Shown here: piece after piece, positions 1-14,270 of the stretch | Position numbering within the stretch: position 1 is the first letter of the stretch | How the letters are laid out: each line of letters begins with the position of its first letter | DNA from: Octopus vulgaris | Taxonomy: Eukaryota | Direction: 5' to 3' | Assembly: GCA_951406725.2 (NCBI GenBank) | Contig: OX597814.1 | Coordinates: forward strand, 150,412,001 to 150,476,000 | DNA length: 64,000 bases | Position numbers and translations under genes: made by a program | The notes under the pieces: generated by a model | Told to the model about the DNA's origin: nothing | Databases searched by the model: none | The model's input: the letters and a program-made list of their open reading frames with translations, nothing else

Positions 1-1256
1 TTCACCAGCAAGTGTAATATATAAGATATTTACCTACTCAATACTTCAGCTTTTACATCTGCCATTTTTTCTTCATATGATATTAGTTTAAAAATCAAGA
101 GGTGGATTGGCCATTATAGCAACTGACACAATGACTTGCGATAATTATTCAGTCTCGTACATTCTGAATTCACATTCCTCCGAGGTTAAATCTGCTTGTA
201 CCTTTCACCAAAATGTAGCCATCAAGTTTGGAGTTCGATATCATCGACTTCTAAATTGTTCCGAAATGCCACGAACTATCACGTTACTGCTGGACTCATG
301 TTCTTACACGACTATGAGACATCGACGACTGACGACTTGTTAGAAAACGCTACTGTTTCATCACTATTATTTATCTATAAGACAGTACACACATCTTGTC
401 TTTACACTAAAAAATGTGAACAAGGATATTAATAAGCTAACTTTTCCCCCTATTAAATTCTAATAACAATTATAAAAATAATGTGTTTAGAATCAATACT
501 ACGAAGAAAACAAGAATCACAAATAAACAAAGAAATGCTACATTTTCAGCGCAAAGATTTACCCCAGTCGTATATAAAATAGAAAATGCTTTGTGGCAAT
601 GAATAGCAGGGTTGTTAGCTCATGGGGTACTTACTTCATTCTATTTCATATTTTTTCCCCTCAAGCGTAACATTTTTATCTCTATTTTATTGAAGGTTAT
701 CTACAGCGACCGACGCGAAAAGGAATCTGTACATCAAAATGAACTAAAGTCATAAAGTTTAGAACAGTTTAACAATTGTTCTCAAGATACTTTATTTATT
801 TGCTTTGAGTAACTAACATCGTGATATCGGCTTTACAACAGAGCTGGTTCATTGCACAGTAACAAGATGTTACATATACTTTCTCAATTGAATAGTTTCT
901 TCAGTACTTGAATGATTTATTTTCCTAACTAGCGATCATCATAGTCTCTCTCATGGGTAGTGATGACGTCATAGATTTCTTTACTGACGGAAAGACGTCC
1001 ATTGTGATTATCTTATCGTTCGCTGTTCAAATATAATAGCAACAATATAACAAAATTCAAATGCTAGTAATATTTAGCTTCAGATTCAGCTCTGAATAAG
1101 CAGGTATTTGTTGATCAAAGTCCTTCCAACCGTGACCATTTAACATTGACTCTTAACACGATAGGGAGGGTGTCTTAGCGACATTTGGGTGCGGTGTCTA
1201 GAGGTTAAGCAAACGTAATGTCTGCAGCAAGAGAATTCTGAGTTCTAGTAACAAAC

Positions 1257-1487
1257 CTTTTCTTTACTACCCACAAGGGGCTAAACATACAGAGGACAAA
1301 CAAGGACAGACAAACGGATTAAGTTGATTACGTCGACCCCAGTGCGTAACTGGTACTTAATTTATCGACTCCGAAAGGACGAAAGGCAAAGTCGACCTCG
1401 GTGGAATTTGAACTCAGAACGTAACGGCAGACGAAATACAGCTACGCATTTCGCCCGGCGTGCTTACGGTTCTGCCAGCTCGCCGCC
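1257..1487 (-). mobile_element. tRNA-derived SINE family 1 monomer (tail A), 16-bp TSD
   Basis: Minus strand reads GGCGGCGAGCTGGCAGAA (A-box-like)...GAGTTCAAATTCC (B-box-like)...GCCCCTTGTGGGTAGTAAAGAAA. Flanked by the direct repeat AGTTCTAGTAACAAAC at 1241-1256 and 1490-1505. Confidence 0.85.
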
Positions 1488-3056
1488 ATAGTTCTAGTAA
1501 CAAACTCCATAGAAAAAGTGTTAAGCTTGTAATCTTCTGGTAAGCAAAACCTCTAACTTGGTTTTAATACACTACCGAAGTAATTTAATTCACGTTACTA
1601 ATATCATCGATTTATGTATGAAGATCAAAGGTGGCGATCTGGCAGAATCGCTAGCACAGAGGCCAAAATGCTTACCGGCGTTTCATCTATCGTTACATTG
1701 TAAATTCTAATTCTACCGAGGTTGTTTTCGAAATTATTGGGCTTATACCACAACTTGAAACCGATATATGTATGAAAATCACATCATCCAGTATCCCCTC
1801 TATGTGTCCAATGAAAATGCATCAACATTAATTTAGGGTATAGACACAAGAAGACAAATTTTGAGATGGGGCGATCCCAGAATGATGATAGTCCAAGTTT
1901 AACTCGATAGGATTTGTAACGAGGCATATATAATTAGAAATCGAATGATTCCACCAATTCACTGCGCAAAAATGTAGCAAATAGTGATAGCGAGTTAATT
2001 TATTGTGTTTGTATGGAACTAAAAGATTGGATTACCATATGATGAATATATCTGCTAAAAATAGCTGCAAAAATATCACTCATATTACAGTCTACACCTC
2101 ATAAAGTGAAGGACACATTAAATAATCTACTCCGCATCCTGTTGATCATTGTTTTCCTCGTTCGGTACCGACTTGTGGTTAAATGACAATAACAAAAACA
2201 ACAACTCCCCCTCCTTCTACGATACATATTTTGGTTATTTCGTCTCATCAATAGAATTGTATGCTGTATACACACGCACATAGTTTATCGATCTTTGTGA
2301 TATGAAAGTCAAAATCAAACTCAATAGCGTAGACGAACGAAATTAAACTGTATGATATTTACTTCTCTACTCAAATATTTCTGCCAACTAGGTTGAACTA
2401 ACAAAGAATTATTAAATTTTCAGATTGGCAGGAGGTCACGGATTTGGTGAGGAAGAAAGACAAGGTATAGTCGACTAAATCGAATCCAGAGCATGCTATC
2501 ATATAATAATTCCGAACACAGATAAACGCACAGAATAGATTATTGAATAAAAAGATATTTGTTTAACCAGGGACAGCGGATTGACAGAATCTTTTGGTAC
2601 ATAATTCTTGGCAGCATTTGTTCCAGCACAATGCGTTCTGAGTTCAAATCCCTCAGAGATAAACTTTGCCTTTCGTCTTTTTTTCCTGGTTGATAAATAA
2701 GGTATCAGTTGAGTACTGAGACGGTCCTTATTCCTTTGTATTTTAATTACATCTCTAATTAAAAGTGCGAAGTTCTTTTACTGTGTCACGCTAATTAGGC
2801 TGGGAATTCTGTAAAGAATACATATGACCGAGGAATATGTTAATTTCAACATTAGGATTTTCATCGGATAAGTGTGTATAAAATATATTCGCCGGGCATA
2901 AGCGGTGTGTGCGTGTATATATATGTTTATACGTGTGTCTAAACTGTATTGGGCAATACTTGTACGTACAAGTATACTTAGATGTACAGGTATACATAGA
3001 AAGGAATAGATATGCAGGTGACGTGTGCACATATACAACTGATAGGTAAGTAGATA

Positions 3057-3914
3057 CGAGGTCTGATCAATAAGTATCCGGACTATTGCCATAGTAACGA
3101 CGCTAAAGCACGAAGAGTTAAGCCGCTTCGCACACATTGACCTTGAACTGTATTGTGCGTACGCACAAAGTTTTAACGTTCTACTGTTTACAGCAGTGCT
3201 TGGAAGGAAGATATGTAGAGTGTGATCGTCGCATTAACCATGACAGAGAAAGTAGTCACAGCGATTCCAGCTTAGAGTCGTATGCAAAGTTTCAGAGTGT
3301 CTATGGAGAGGAGTGTATGCCGTACACAAGTGTACGAGTGGTTTAGACGTTTCGAAGATGGCCCCAAATATGTCGATATTGACGAAGGTTATGGGAGACT
3401 CGCAACCAGCAGAACTAAAAGCAACACCGCAGATGTCCGTACAGCGGTGAGGGAAAATCGACGAATCACCATTTGTGAATTATCAGAGAATATGCAGATT
3501 AGTTACGGTTCAGTTTAGTCCATTATCACTGAAGTTTGGGTATGAGATGCATGTCGGCCAAGTTTGTGCAAAAGCTCTTTCAGCTGACCAAAAGAACACT
3601 CGGGTTTCAGTTGCACAAGATCTTGATCGTGTCAAGAACAATGAAAACTATTTGAAAACTTTGCGTGGCCTCTGGGTAGTTATCGCCGAACTTTTGGTAA
3701 AATTTGATGCAGATTCTCTGTTCAACTGTCTGCCATAGTTATTGCGACGAACACACGCCACACACGTTCCACCCAGCGAGAGTGAGGTAGAACGTTGAAA
3801 CAAATTGTGCATGCACAGCAGTATTTAGGGTCAATTTGTGCGAAGCTGCTTTAATCTGCGTGCTTAGGATTCGTTACTATGGCAACAGTTTGGATACTTA
3901 TTGATCAGACCACG
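3057..3914 (+). mobile_element. Internally deleted mariner (Tc1/mariner) DNA transposon
   Basis: 44-bp TIRs at 3057-3100 and 3871-3914 (4 mismatches), with TA on both sides (3055-3056, 3915-3916). Frameshifted transposase N-terminal HTH peptides (VYGEEC..RTQVYEWFRRF..GR..TSRT..VRENRRITICELS..ISYGSV). No DD34D domain. Confidence 0.9.
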
Positions 3915-3968
3915 TAACTAGGTAAAAATAACCGATCACAAGAGCAAAAGAAAAATATAGCAAAATAT

Positions 3969-4093
<125 letters not shown>

Positions 4094-4094
4094 C

Positions 4095-5400
4095 ATGAGG
4101 TAAGGAAAATGCACCCAGATTACATAGTTTTAATATATTTTCTAATGTATTGTATAAGTGAAAGAGTATTGCGTTTGTCGACCGGTTTCGCTTTCGCTAA
4201 TCATAACATTGAAATTATTGTAATTTCATATTTTCATAAGAAGATTTTCATCCGTGTTGTGTGTAGAGAAGTTTGTGGTTGAATCACTCAACAAGTTAAA
4301 AAAATCTAAGGGGAGTTAACTGGTGATCGTTATTATTGCAAACAAGGGAGGTAATTGCTTATCTTTCAGGGAGGGGATAAATATATATACAAAACTTCAA
4401 AAGCTAAAGTAGTAAGATGAAATATGTGATCATGAATTAAAAAATGTACTGAGATCAAAGCTGGTTGTGCATTCATATTCAGACATGATGAAGAAATTTT
4501 CTTTAACTGTTCTTGTACAGAAATTGATTCTTTGAACTGGTAGATGGGGAAAACTGTAATGGTTGGTTGGATATTACTTACACATAGTTGTTCACACACA
4601 AACAAACACGCGCGCACACACTGACAAACATACACATATAAATATAAAACAAGTTACAAATAATGGTCATTATTTATTTGAACAAGTTTGGCTTGCAGCT
4701 GTTTGCAGTAGTCATTGTAGGTATATTACTGATATGTTCACTCAAATGGTCTATTGATCAATTCAGGGAAATGGCATGACCTAACAAAATCAATGGTACT
4801 TTCATCAGAGCTATTTCTGGATATTTTTAACTTGATTCTTATATACCACTCTGTGTACATACCAGTTTATCTGAAGCACATCCACAGATTTATAATATAC
4901 AATTGTGATGATCCATAACCGGGGACGTTACCAAAAGATTAACTGGGGTTCTTCACTAATCTCAGTAATATTGTTAGTCTCGTGTGCCAAAGGAGAGCTA
5001 CTGAAATATTTTGCCCGGATTGATAATCCCGCACTATTTGTTCTATATACTTAAAAAACAGTCCGTTAAAAGCGAAAAGTTCTGTAGGCGAAGAGAAAAA
5101 GAACTACACGCAAAACGGCAGAGACTGTAAAAGATCCCATTTTTTACTCTCTTTTCTCTGCTTTCTCTCTCTTGTCCACATATTCTATAACAACTCAATA
5201 TGACCGAACTTTTAGTAATCCACATTTTTTAATATTCTTCGCCGATCATTTTTGATATTATCTACCCCTGTCATTGAGTTTTACGAACATTTAATCATTT
5301 AAACATGTTTCTACTTTATAATTTTAGATTCTGATAAAATCCCATTGTTTTATATACATTTATACCAATGACAAATGAAAAAATTATTGAAACTAGTTTA
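4095..5400 (-). mobile_element. Degenerate Penelope-like element (same family as 40091-41238)
   Basis: Reverse complement of about 4095-4375 aligns by eye to about 40980-41238. Peptide ITVFPIYQFKESISVQEQL resembles FKVSFISQCKETISVQKRL of the 40411 GIY-YIG ORF. The high-coordinate boundary is uncertain. Confidence 0.6.
4176..4208 (-). ncRNA. Minimal type I hammerhead-like motif (A3-U8 variant core)
   Basis: Minus strand TGTT ATGATTA GC GAAA GC GAAA CCGG TC GACA: helix I TGTT/GACA, stem II GC-GAAA-GC, palindromic stem III ACCGGT, GUC cleavage triplet. Confidence 0.55.
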
Positions 5401-5439
5401 GCCTTTATATATATATTCATATATATATAATTTATCGGG

Positions 5440-5623
5440 ATTGGACCGCTGAACTCTACAAGTTTTTTTCATTCTCTCTCTGTTTATTTTCTCTTATTTC
5501 TTTCTGTTGAAGAGCAAAGACTCGGAACGTAAAAGACTTTCATTTTTCCCGAGCGTCAAACTAATACACTTGCTTGTTATTCATACACCTGCCTTCGTCT
5601 CTGGTTTTTCTATAAATTCCAAC

Positions 5624-5625
<2 letters not shown>
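5440..5625 (+). mobile_element. Penelope-like pLTR fragment with decayed hammerhead (5499-5536)
   Basis: Homologous to 25290-25460 (TTTCTGTTGAAGAGC...CGTAAAAGAC...CACCTGCCTTCGTC). Ends in a (TA)n/(TG)n array. Confidence 0.6.
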
Positions 5626-5698
<73 letters not shown>

Positions 5699-5865
5699 GA
5701 GTGTGTATATGTATATATGTATATGTGTATGTATGTTTGTGTGTATGTATATGTATATATATGTGTGTGCGTGTGTGTGCGTGTATGTGTATATATATAT
5801 ATAGATGTATGTGTGTGTGTATATGTATATGTGTATATGTGTATGTATGTGTGTGTATGTATATG

Positions 5866-5912
<47 letters not shown>

Positions 5913-5945
5913 ATACATACATAAATATACATATGTATGTTTTCA
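5626..5945. repeat. Compound (TA)n/(TG)n microsatellite
   Basis: Direct reading of the sequence. Confidence 0.95.
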
Positions 5946-7065
5946 TGTTTGTGTACAATATAAAAATGTGATCCGGCTATCAGGGTCACAAATGTAGTTA
6001 AATGCCGACGTAATTTGATTGGATGAATCAACCGAAAATCCAGGATATATAAGCTTCAAAGTTTCCATTGATGAGCATATAAGCAAAAAACAAGAGATTT
6101 GAGGAAAAGAGCTTAAAAATTTCCTTAAGTGTTAACAGCTGTTATTTCTCTAAAAAACGTGTGTGTGTATTCGTGTACATGCGCATGCGCGTGTTTGCTA
6201 TAATTCGCTGTCATACTCATTAAATACTTTAATAAGTTTTATCAGAAATACTCCGAGATTCTGATGGTATTTTTCCAAACGCTGATATAAACACACACCC
6301 ACGGACATAAATACGTACATAAATATATATTATACAGACATATACGTATACAAGAATATATTGGTTTCATGTTTTGGTACAAGGCCTTCATTTTCTAAGC
6401 TAGGGGTAAGTCGTTCACATAGATCCCAGTGCTAAGCCGATACTTATTTTATCGACCCCGAAAGGATGAAAAGCAAAGTTGACCTCGGCGGGATTTGAAC
6501 TCAGAATGTGATAGACGGATATGATGCCGCTAAGCATTTTGCCTGGTGGCGTAATGACGTTTCTATATAGATATATTGAAATGCATTATATACTAGGAAC
6601 ACCTCGCGTTTCACGTACCTGGATATAGATTAAACAGAGCCCAAGAAGAAAAAAAATTGCCATTCGGTGATATTTCAATGTTTTGCAAATGAATATTAGC
6701 TAGTTCATTTCCAAATTATCTTATTTGTTTTTTGACTCCTAAAAAGGTTCTGCATGTATTAATATAATACAAAGATCCAGTTGCCAGAAAAATTATCATG
6801 TTCCCGATATGTAATTAATTCTTCAAATATATGCGCATGCCTTGAACTGTCCTTCATTTAGTTTTTTATATCATTAAGAGTGTGTGTGTATGTGAGCCTG
6901 TGGGCGTTTGTGTGTGTATGTGTGTATATCTGACTGTGTGTGTTAAGTAATTATAAACAATAACTACCATTCATTTACTAATGACGAAACTCAGCACTAA
7001 AAGCCGTTTCCTTTTCCTTTTTCATTTAGAGCCAATTTTGACCGGCCACCTTCTTAGTAGCCATA

Positions 7066-7645
7066 ATCGTTTCTTCTCTAGGCACATGGCCCGAAATTTT
7101 GGGACAAGGGACCAGTTGATTAGATCGACCTTAGTACGCAACTGGTACTTTATTTGTCGACCCCGAAAGGATGAAAGGCAAAGTCGACCTCGGCGGAATT
7201 TGAACTCAGAAAGTAAAGACAGAGGAAATACCTATTTCTTTACTGCCCACAAGGAGCAACACACAGAGAGGACAAACAAGGACAGACAAACGGATTAAGT
7301 CTATTATATCGACCCCAGTGCGTAACTGGTAATTAACTTATCAACACCGAAAGGATGAAAGACAAAGTCGACCTCGGCGGAATTTGAACTCAGAACGTAA
7401 TGGCAGACGAAATACCTATTTCTTTATTACCCACAAGGGGCTAAACATAGAAGGGAAAAACAAGGACATACATAGATATTAAGTCTATTACATCGACCCT
7501 AGTGCATAATTGGTATTTAATTTATCGACTCCGAAAGGATGAAAAGCAAAGTCGACCTCGGCGGAATTTGAACTCACAACAACGACAGACGAAATACGGC
7601 TGCGCATTTTGCCCGGCGTGCTAACGTTTCTGCCAGCTCGCCGCC
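7066..7645 (-). mobile_element. SINE family 1 trimer (head + 2 tail-A units + 1 tail-B unit), 15-bp TSD
   Basis: About 184-bp units with junctions at 7232/7233 and 7416/7417. TSD TTCTTAGTAGCCATA at 7051-7065 and 7648-7662. Confidence 0.85.
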
Positions 7646-9679
7646 CTTTCTTAGTAGCCATATTGTGAAAATTGCGTTTTGTTCTGTTGCCTGTCGTTTA
7701 AATGTTAAAGTCTTGTAGATCTTTATTGTCCCAGGTATTGTGATAATTTTTAGTGTATGAATTATGGAGTAGCGTTGTCTCTCCAAGAACACAAGTTCAG
7801 CCATTCTTTGCTCTATATATGTATGTAAGCATGTATGTATGTATGTATGTATGTATGTATGTATGTATGTATGTATGTATGTATGTATGTATGTATGTAG
7901 GTTGGTGCGTTTATGTATGTATGTATGTATGTAGGTAGGTTGGTTTATGTATTATGTATGTATGTATGTATGTATGTAGGTTGGTGCGCTTATGTATGTA
8001 TGTATGATCTCTGTCTGAAACAACATTCTCCTTTCTCTCTCTCTCTCACTCGTTTTCTAGTAATTAGGTTTTAAGCACACTGTCACACAGAGCAATTAAT
8101 TGCTTATCAATTTGAAATTCGGAAATGGAAATATTTAGAAAGTGTTCAAATACCACTAATAATCAGGTGCAGGAAGATCGCGTCGTCGACGACGCTGTTC
8201 ACCTTAATATATTATTGTCAATGTAGATGAGAAACAATGAATATAGTTAACAACTGATTAACAGTAATACTCCCACGATGAAGATTAAAACAAAACAATG
8301 ACGTCTTTATGTTCAAATTTCGTAGGAGAAAACAGGATATCGTAAATCATTTCGTTCTACTTTCAGTTTGTTTTTAAATTGCTAATCTGTCAGTAATGTT
8401 ATAAAATCATTTACTGAAACTTTAAATTAGATTACTTAAGTTTTTCTCTAGATCCAATAAAAGACAATTATTTTCAAAATGATCAAATGACTGCGAATAC
8501 GACCTTAATCGATATTAATATATTTGATATGTTAAATGGCAGAAGGGCTGTCATTTATTGCTTCTTCATTGCACGTGAAATTAATATTAAAATGTGGAAA
8601 ATGGGATAAAAAATTCATCGTTTTTGTTTTCAACTCTTTTAATCTCTCTTCTGTTATACTATATTATTTATATCGAGGAATTTTCATTTCTCTTCCTATT
8701 GACAATCTTAATGTATGTACACGTCCTTCCTCTTCCACCACCACCTACTAGCTCTCATTAAATAATGTCATGCCGCTCACAACTTGAAACATTAATTTAT
8801 TAACATTTAATACGGTTTAAATCTCAAATTCTTCACAACAGATTTTGGTAATTTGATTAATTCTATTTAGCAAGCTTTAGTACCTGTCAGATTTTTGCTG
8901 GAAAAAAAAAATCAGTATAATATAAGATTGAATATAAGATTGCAACACAAATAATATATATATGAAAAAGAAAGCATGAAAAATATTTACTAAAAGTATA
9001 AAGATTAAACGCAAGTAGTAATTCATTTATTGTTGTTTGTTTATGAGATTAATTTTCATATTATTGGCATGTGCTATGTGAGTGGCCAATGGGTGAAATT
9101 GAAGTAGATGTGATATAACATTTTTATAATGTTCTAATTTATACTTTGAGATAATTTTATTAATCTTGACATCTGTGGTCAACAGTAGTCAGCACCCTTG
9201 TTAGATGCTGTATTTACGCAAAATATACAAAGACTGGTTCCTACTGTTTGTCTGTGTGTTAATTGATCCACAGTTAATAGGTTCGCAACTAATGGGTATC
9301 TGGATTATGAGATGGTCTATTTCTCAGGGATTGATAGCATCTTCTGGTTAAAGGCCTTCTAAATAATCTTTCTCATAAATAAGAAAATTGAGTGTACGAC
9401 TATTTATAATAAAATTAAGCTGATTTCCAACATTTTAAACTTACCCAACACTAAGACGAAAACGAAAGATTAAATGCATGCAAACATTACTTCGTCTTCT
9501 TATTTATAAGAAGTAGGGGTTGTCATAAAACATTCAGTATTTGAGTGGGAATATATTCTTGTGTTAGAGCCTCTAAACCAAGGAAAGCTAAACCGAGGAC
9601 TAGAAGCTAAATTGAAGATAATATAAAGAATTTGAAGCTTTCACAATGAACTGCACCAAATCACTTGAAGCTAGAAGGC

Positions 9680-10150
9680 GCATGTAAATGTCTTAGGATT
9701 TACTGGGAGATAAGACGCAAAGAGAAAAATTTTAATTAACTTTAATATAGTCCATAATATATGTATTATTTTGGGCAACATTATTCTGTGTCCTGCCGTT
9801 TTAAAAACACTTTTGTGTAATTGATGGAGATATAATTCCTCCTTTTGACAAGTGGTGGAGATCAAATACGCTGTTTCCGCTTCTGCCATGGTCAGGTGCA
9901 AAGTAAAACTAGAACTGAACTTTGCAAAATAACGAATCATATGTTGTAGTGCTCACAATTGTTTGAGGGTAAACCTCTAGAAAGGACCTATTTTCAATTG
10001 AAGGAGTTTTGGTGGCACACTCCAAGCGGTGATAAATTTGACCAAATAAAATTCCTTGTTCTAACTGGGTTCGAGTTTTACATGGGGAAACAGTATATCT
10101 GTCAGCTGCTTGAACGAAGCACGGACTAGTTCCTGATATTTTAGAAATCC
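9680..10150 (-). pseudogene. Possible highly decayed REL-type LINE C-terminal remnant
   Basis: Weak peptide resemblance (C..AADRYT, PD....AYLI..TC..E) to the zinc-knuckle/REL region of non-LTR elements. Many stops and frameshifts. Confidence 0.2.
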
Positions 10151-10589
10151 AAATCGGAGACATAAATGCTACTGAACATCAACCTTATTAGTTCTAGCGT
10201 TGTTGAAAGGCTATGAAGGCCACGAACGTACACTTCTCCTAAGCGATACGTATATAAGATATAAAAGTTCAGCAAAGATATATAAGAGAAACATTGGAGA
10301 AGGAGATGTAGCATAAATAATGTGTAAATTGATTGAATCTAAAACTAATAATATCGCCATTACTAAATATGTGTCAACGTAAACTTTTATCATGAATCTA
10401 CTTGTAATAAGTATTTAATATTTTTACTACTTCTTAGAAAATTTAAAGAAGGATTAAAGATATCTTCAAATCGCAACGAATCTATATTCGTATATTTCTA
10501 ATCAGATTTAGAAAAGTAGATTCGACAAAATACTTTGGTATTTAATGATAAATAGTATTTGATCATTATTTATTTAAATCTTTTAGGTT

Positions 10590-11070
10590 GCCTTTAATTA
10601 TTGAATTGCAGTCATACTGGGCATTTCCTCCTAGGGTTTCTCTCAATTATACTGACTCTGCTATTAGTCTGGCGCTAATTTTATCGATTTCCGGATCCCT
10701 GTTTATTGAGTGGCTGAATTGACCAAAAGGTTGGTTTCGTTCATTTGTTTGGTAGTTGCTACAAGAAAATATCGATTTATGTCGATATACACAAACACTG
10801 ATACACTCTCATACAAACACACATACATGCATGCATGCATACATACATACATACATACATACATACATACATACATACATACATACATACATACCCACAT
10901 ACATTACAGATTTCTGCATAGTTTCCTCTCGACCAATTTTACACAGGAAATATTTGTCAAATTGTGGTTATTGTAGAAGACAGTAACAGTGTAAGGCATC
11001 AGGCAGGCGGATCGGACCGGGAACATATAAATACAGCGAAATTCTTAATCACACAGCCATGCATGTACTC
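10590..11070 (-). mobile_element. Degenerate SINE family 2 with internal (CATA)n
   Basis: Resembles 49195-49604 (CACACAGCCA end, GTAGAAGACA, internal microsatellite). Confidence 0.5.
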
Positions 11071-11129
11071 AGTTATAGAACAATACGAATAAATTCATTT
11101 TGCTTTAAATAAGTTTACATAGACAGGAA

Positions 11130-12140
11130 TGGAAGTGTGCGTTCTGGATAAATCTTCGTATAACGAAGCAGTTCGTAATGCAAAACCTTTTTGTTGATTT
11201 CCATGTCATAAATTGAGATGCATTCCAGTGGATGATTTAGGAGAAAAAGAAAAAAAAAACCAAAACAATAAATCCAGTTTTATGCATGAAAATATTTTTT
11301 AAAACACACACGGTACAGTAAGTATACATAAAAAATTTATTTGAAGAGAAATATATCAGGGAATAAATAAGAATACGAGAATATGGCCACTTCACAAAGG
11401 AAGGTGACTATCGTGTGATAAGAAGACGTGCAGTAGAAGTTACTAGAAAGGAAATGAACATTTTACTCTACTCTGAAGATAACCATTGTCATTAGCATCT
11501 ACTTTAGTGGTGAAGAACTTTTCTTGGGTTATTTGATATTTAAGATGCGCAGTCTCTTTTGTACAGCTCAGTGCCGGAACTGAGATCAATGTGGGCTCTT
11601 TTAATTCTTATTGCACGTTCACAATCAGAATCCTTAACAGCGAAGCCTTGTAGGTCTCTCTCTATAAGTGGCATAATTTTAGCCATAGTCTTTACAGTCA
11701 ACTGAAGGGGAGTAGATGGAGCCTTTATATGCCTTACTTGCACTGTCTACCCACTTATTCTTATTATATCATTACCTCATTAGATCAATTTTCGCTGCGA
11801 AACTTCAGCTTCTAAAAACATCATCTTGCGAACTCTTCAAATTCTGCGTCTTCTTCCAGTGTTGAAATATCTTCTCAACTTCATGCAGAAAACTGCTAAA
11901 GCTACAGAAATATTCTAGCCATATGTTTCGTCAAATACCATTTATAGTTGAAGTTTCCATTTCATCCCAAGACTCAGCCACATTATCCACAATATCCATA
12001 ATGTTGAAATTTTCCCCAAGTTCTCAGACAACATGCCTTGAATCTAATTCTCGTACAGCTGAAGGGAAAAAATATGAAACTTTTCTCGTAACGCCGCAAA
12101 ATCAATCAAGTCACCGGATTGCTTTATATCTTGCCTAAAA
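11130..12140 (-). mobile_element. Decayed Tigger/pogo-like transposase 3' portion
   Basis: Minus-strand peptides DIVDNVAESWDEMETSTINGI*RNIW and LTVKTMAKIMPLIERDLQGFAVKDSDCERAIRIKRA...ELYKR resemble the Tigger1-type transposase C-terminus. Confidence 0.5.
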
Positions 12141-12384
12141 GGAGCAATGCTTTGTTGGTAATATTAAGCTTCTTATTGAAACGGCGAGCTTGTTGCCCAA
12201 AGAAATGCTCAGTAGCATTTTGTCCATCATTATGTTCTGAGTTCAAATTGCGCCAAAATGGACTTTGCTTTTCATCTCTTGGGAGTCAATAAAATTGATA
12301 CCAGCTAAGTACTGAGATGGATATAATCAACTTGCCCTTTCCTCGAAATTGCTGGACTAGCGCCAACATTTGAAACAAATATTA

Positions 12385-12432
<48 letters not shown>

Positions 12433-12829
12433 CGTGATTTAAGTTTCTAAAATTCTCAAAATTTAACCTTGTTTCTGTAAGCAGAATTACAAGCCATGTA
12501 CCGAAATTAGTATTTATACTTTACGGATTGCGTAAGAGACAATTCCAAACCCTATTATCCAAAATGCTCTGGATGCTTGTAATATGACTTCATCATGACG
12601 CAATTGTTTAAATTTCGACAAACAACATGGCTTGTTTAAAACTTTCTACATACACTTTGCCTGTTCATCTTTATTGCCGATGGAATCATATGTACTTCAC
12701 ACCAGAGAATCAGCTTCCAATGATAAGCTTAATTTGCAAGAAATTGCAGCTTAATTCCATCCAATTACACTCTACTAATTTTAAAAAGGGCGGTAATATC
12801 ATATAATGTGGTCTTATATCTTTCATTTT

Positions 12830-13300
12830 TTGCTGATGCACCGCCTTGAAGGGTTTTAGTTGAACAAATCAACCCCAGCACTTATTTTATTAAGCCTAGT
12901 ACTTATTGTATCGGTGTCATTGGACGAACTGCTAAGTTACAGGTATGTAAGTACACAAACGTCGGTTGACAAGCGGTGGGATGGGGAAAAGCATAGACAC
13001 AAAGAGTCACACACTCATCGATATATGCATATACATATGTACGACGGCCTTATTTTCGTCAACCAAATCTACTGACAAGGCTTTGGTCGGCCCGAGGTTA
13101 TAGTAGAAGACACTTATCAAAAGTGCCACGGATTAGGACTGAACCTGGGACCATATGAGTTTTTAAAGCCTCGTACTTATTTTATAGGCCTCTTTTATCG
13201 AACCGGTAGGTTACAGGGATGAAAGTACACCAACACAAGTTGTCAGGCGGTGGGAGTAGACAAACACAGATACAAAGAGACACACACATATGTAGATACT
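12830..13300 (-). mobile_element. SINE family 2 copies (one near-complete plus a partial)
   Basis: ACAAGGCTTTGGTCGGCCCGAGG..TAGTAGAAGACAC..GTGCCACG..GGACTGAACC shared with the copies at 49195 and 55135. Confidence 0.75.
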
Positions 13301-13304
13301 TACA

Positions 13305-13351
<47 letters not shown>

Positions 13352-13376
13352 GCATCTATATATATATATATACATG

Positions 13377-13411
<35 letters not shown>

Positions 13412-13424
13412 TTATATAATACAA

Positions 13425-14074
13425 ATAAGAAAATGGAGGAACAGATTCATTCCAATCATCGACTTACAGATATTACTAATTCATATTATTTATTTATTAA
13501 CTACATAAATAGGAACATCCAAATCCAACAAAACAAAACAATATACAGCAATATGTAAGATAATAATACCATAAAAATAATATACATAAAATGCACATGT
13601 ATGTATATGCATATGAATGTGTTTCTCACCTGTGTATATATATATGTATGTATGCAAAATAAGACTGAAGTTTCGATTTTGACTGTATGATATATGAATA
13701 TAATGACATTATTTGCTGAATTAATGTGCTTGTATCTTTCATAAGCATCTGTCTATATATTATGTTATACTATATTATACATGTGATATATAATATATTA
13801 TATTATATTATATTATACTATATTATATTATATTATATTATATTTTATGTGGTATTTTCCATCTGCTATGTATTGTGAATAGCAGAATGCACATAATCTA
13901 ATATTGGTATTATTATTAATAATAATAATATTAATAGTTTTCGTAATGTAATTAACTTTGTATATGTACACATTGATGTGGATGTATATGTACACTCCAG
14001 TATATATATTTGATTATCTATAACCTTATGTGTATATATATAATAATATATATACTTATATATATCTATATACA

Positions 14075-14137
<63 letters not shown>

Positions 14138-14215
14138 TTGTGTATGTGTATTTTGTTTCATATTTATATTTGCATTTTTATAATTGTACTTTATAATCTC
14201 TGACGAGGCCTTGAG

Positions 14216-14270
<55 letters not shown>

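Noticed and set aside
5507-6031. Numerous [16 protein letters not shown] ORFs here and throughout the window
   Set aside because: They are translations of (TA)n, (CA)n, (CATA)n, (GATA)n and (AAT)n microsatellites that lack stops in some frames.
6592-6620. Minus-strand Helitron 3' end (CGTGAAACGCG...CTAG)
   Set aside because: The hairpin is only 4 bp, too weak to call.
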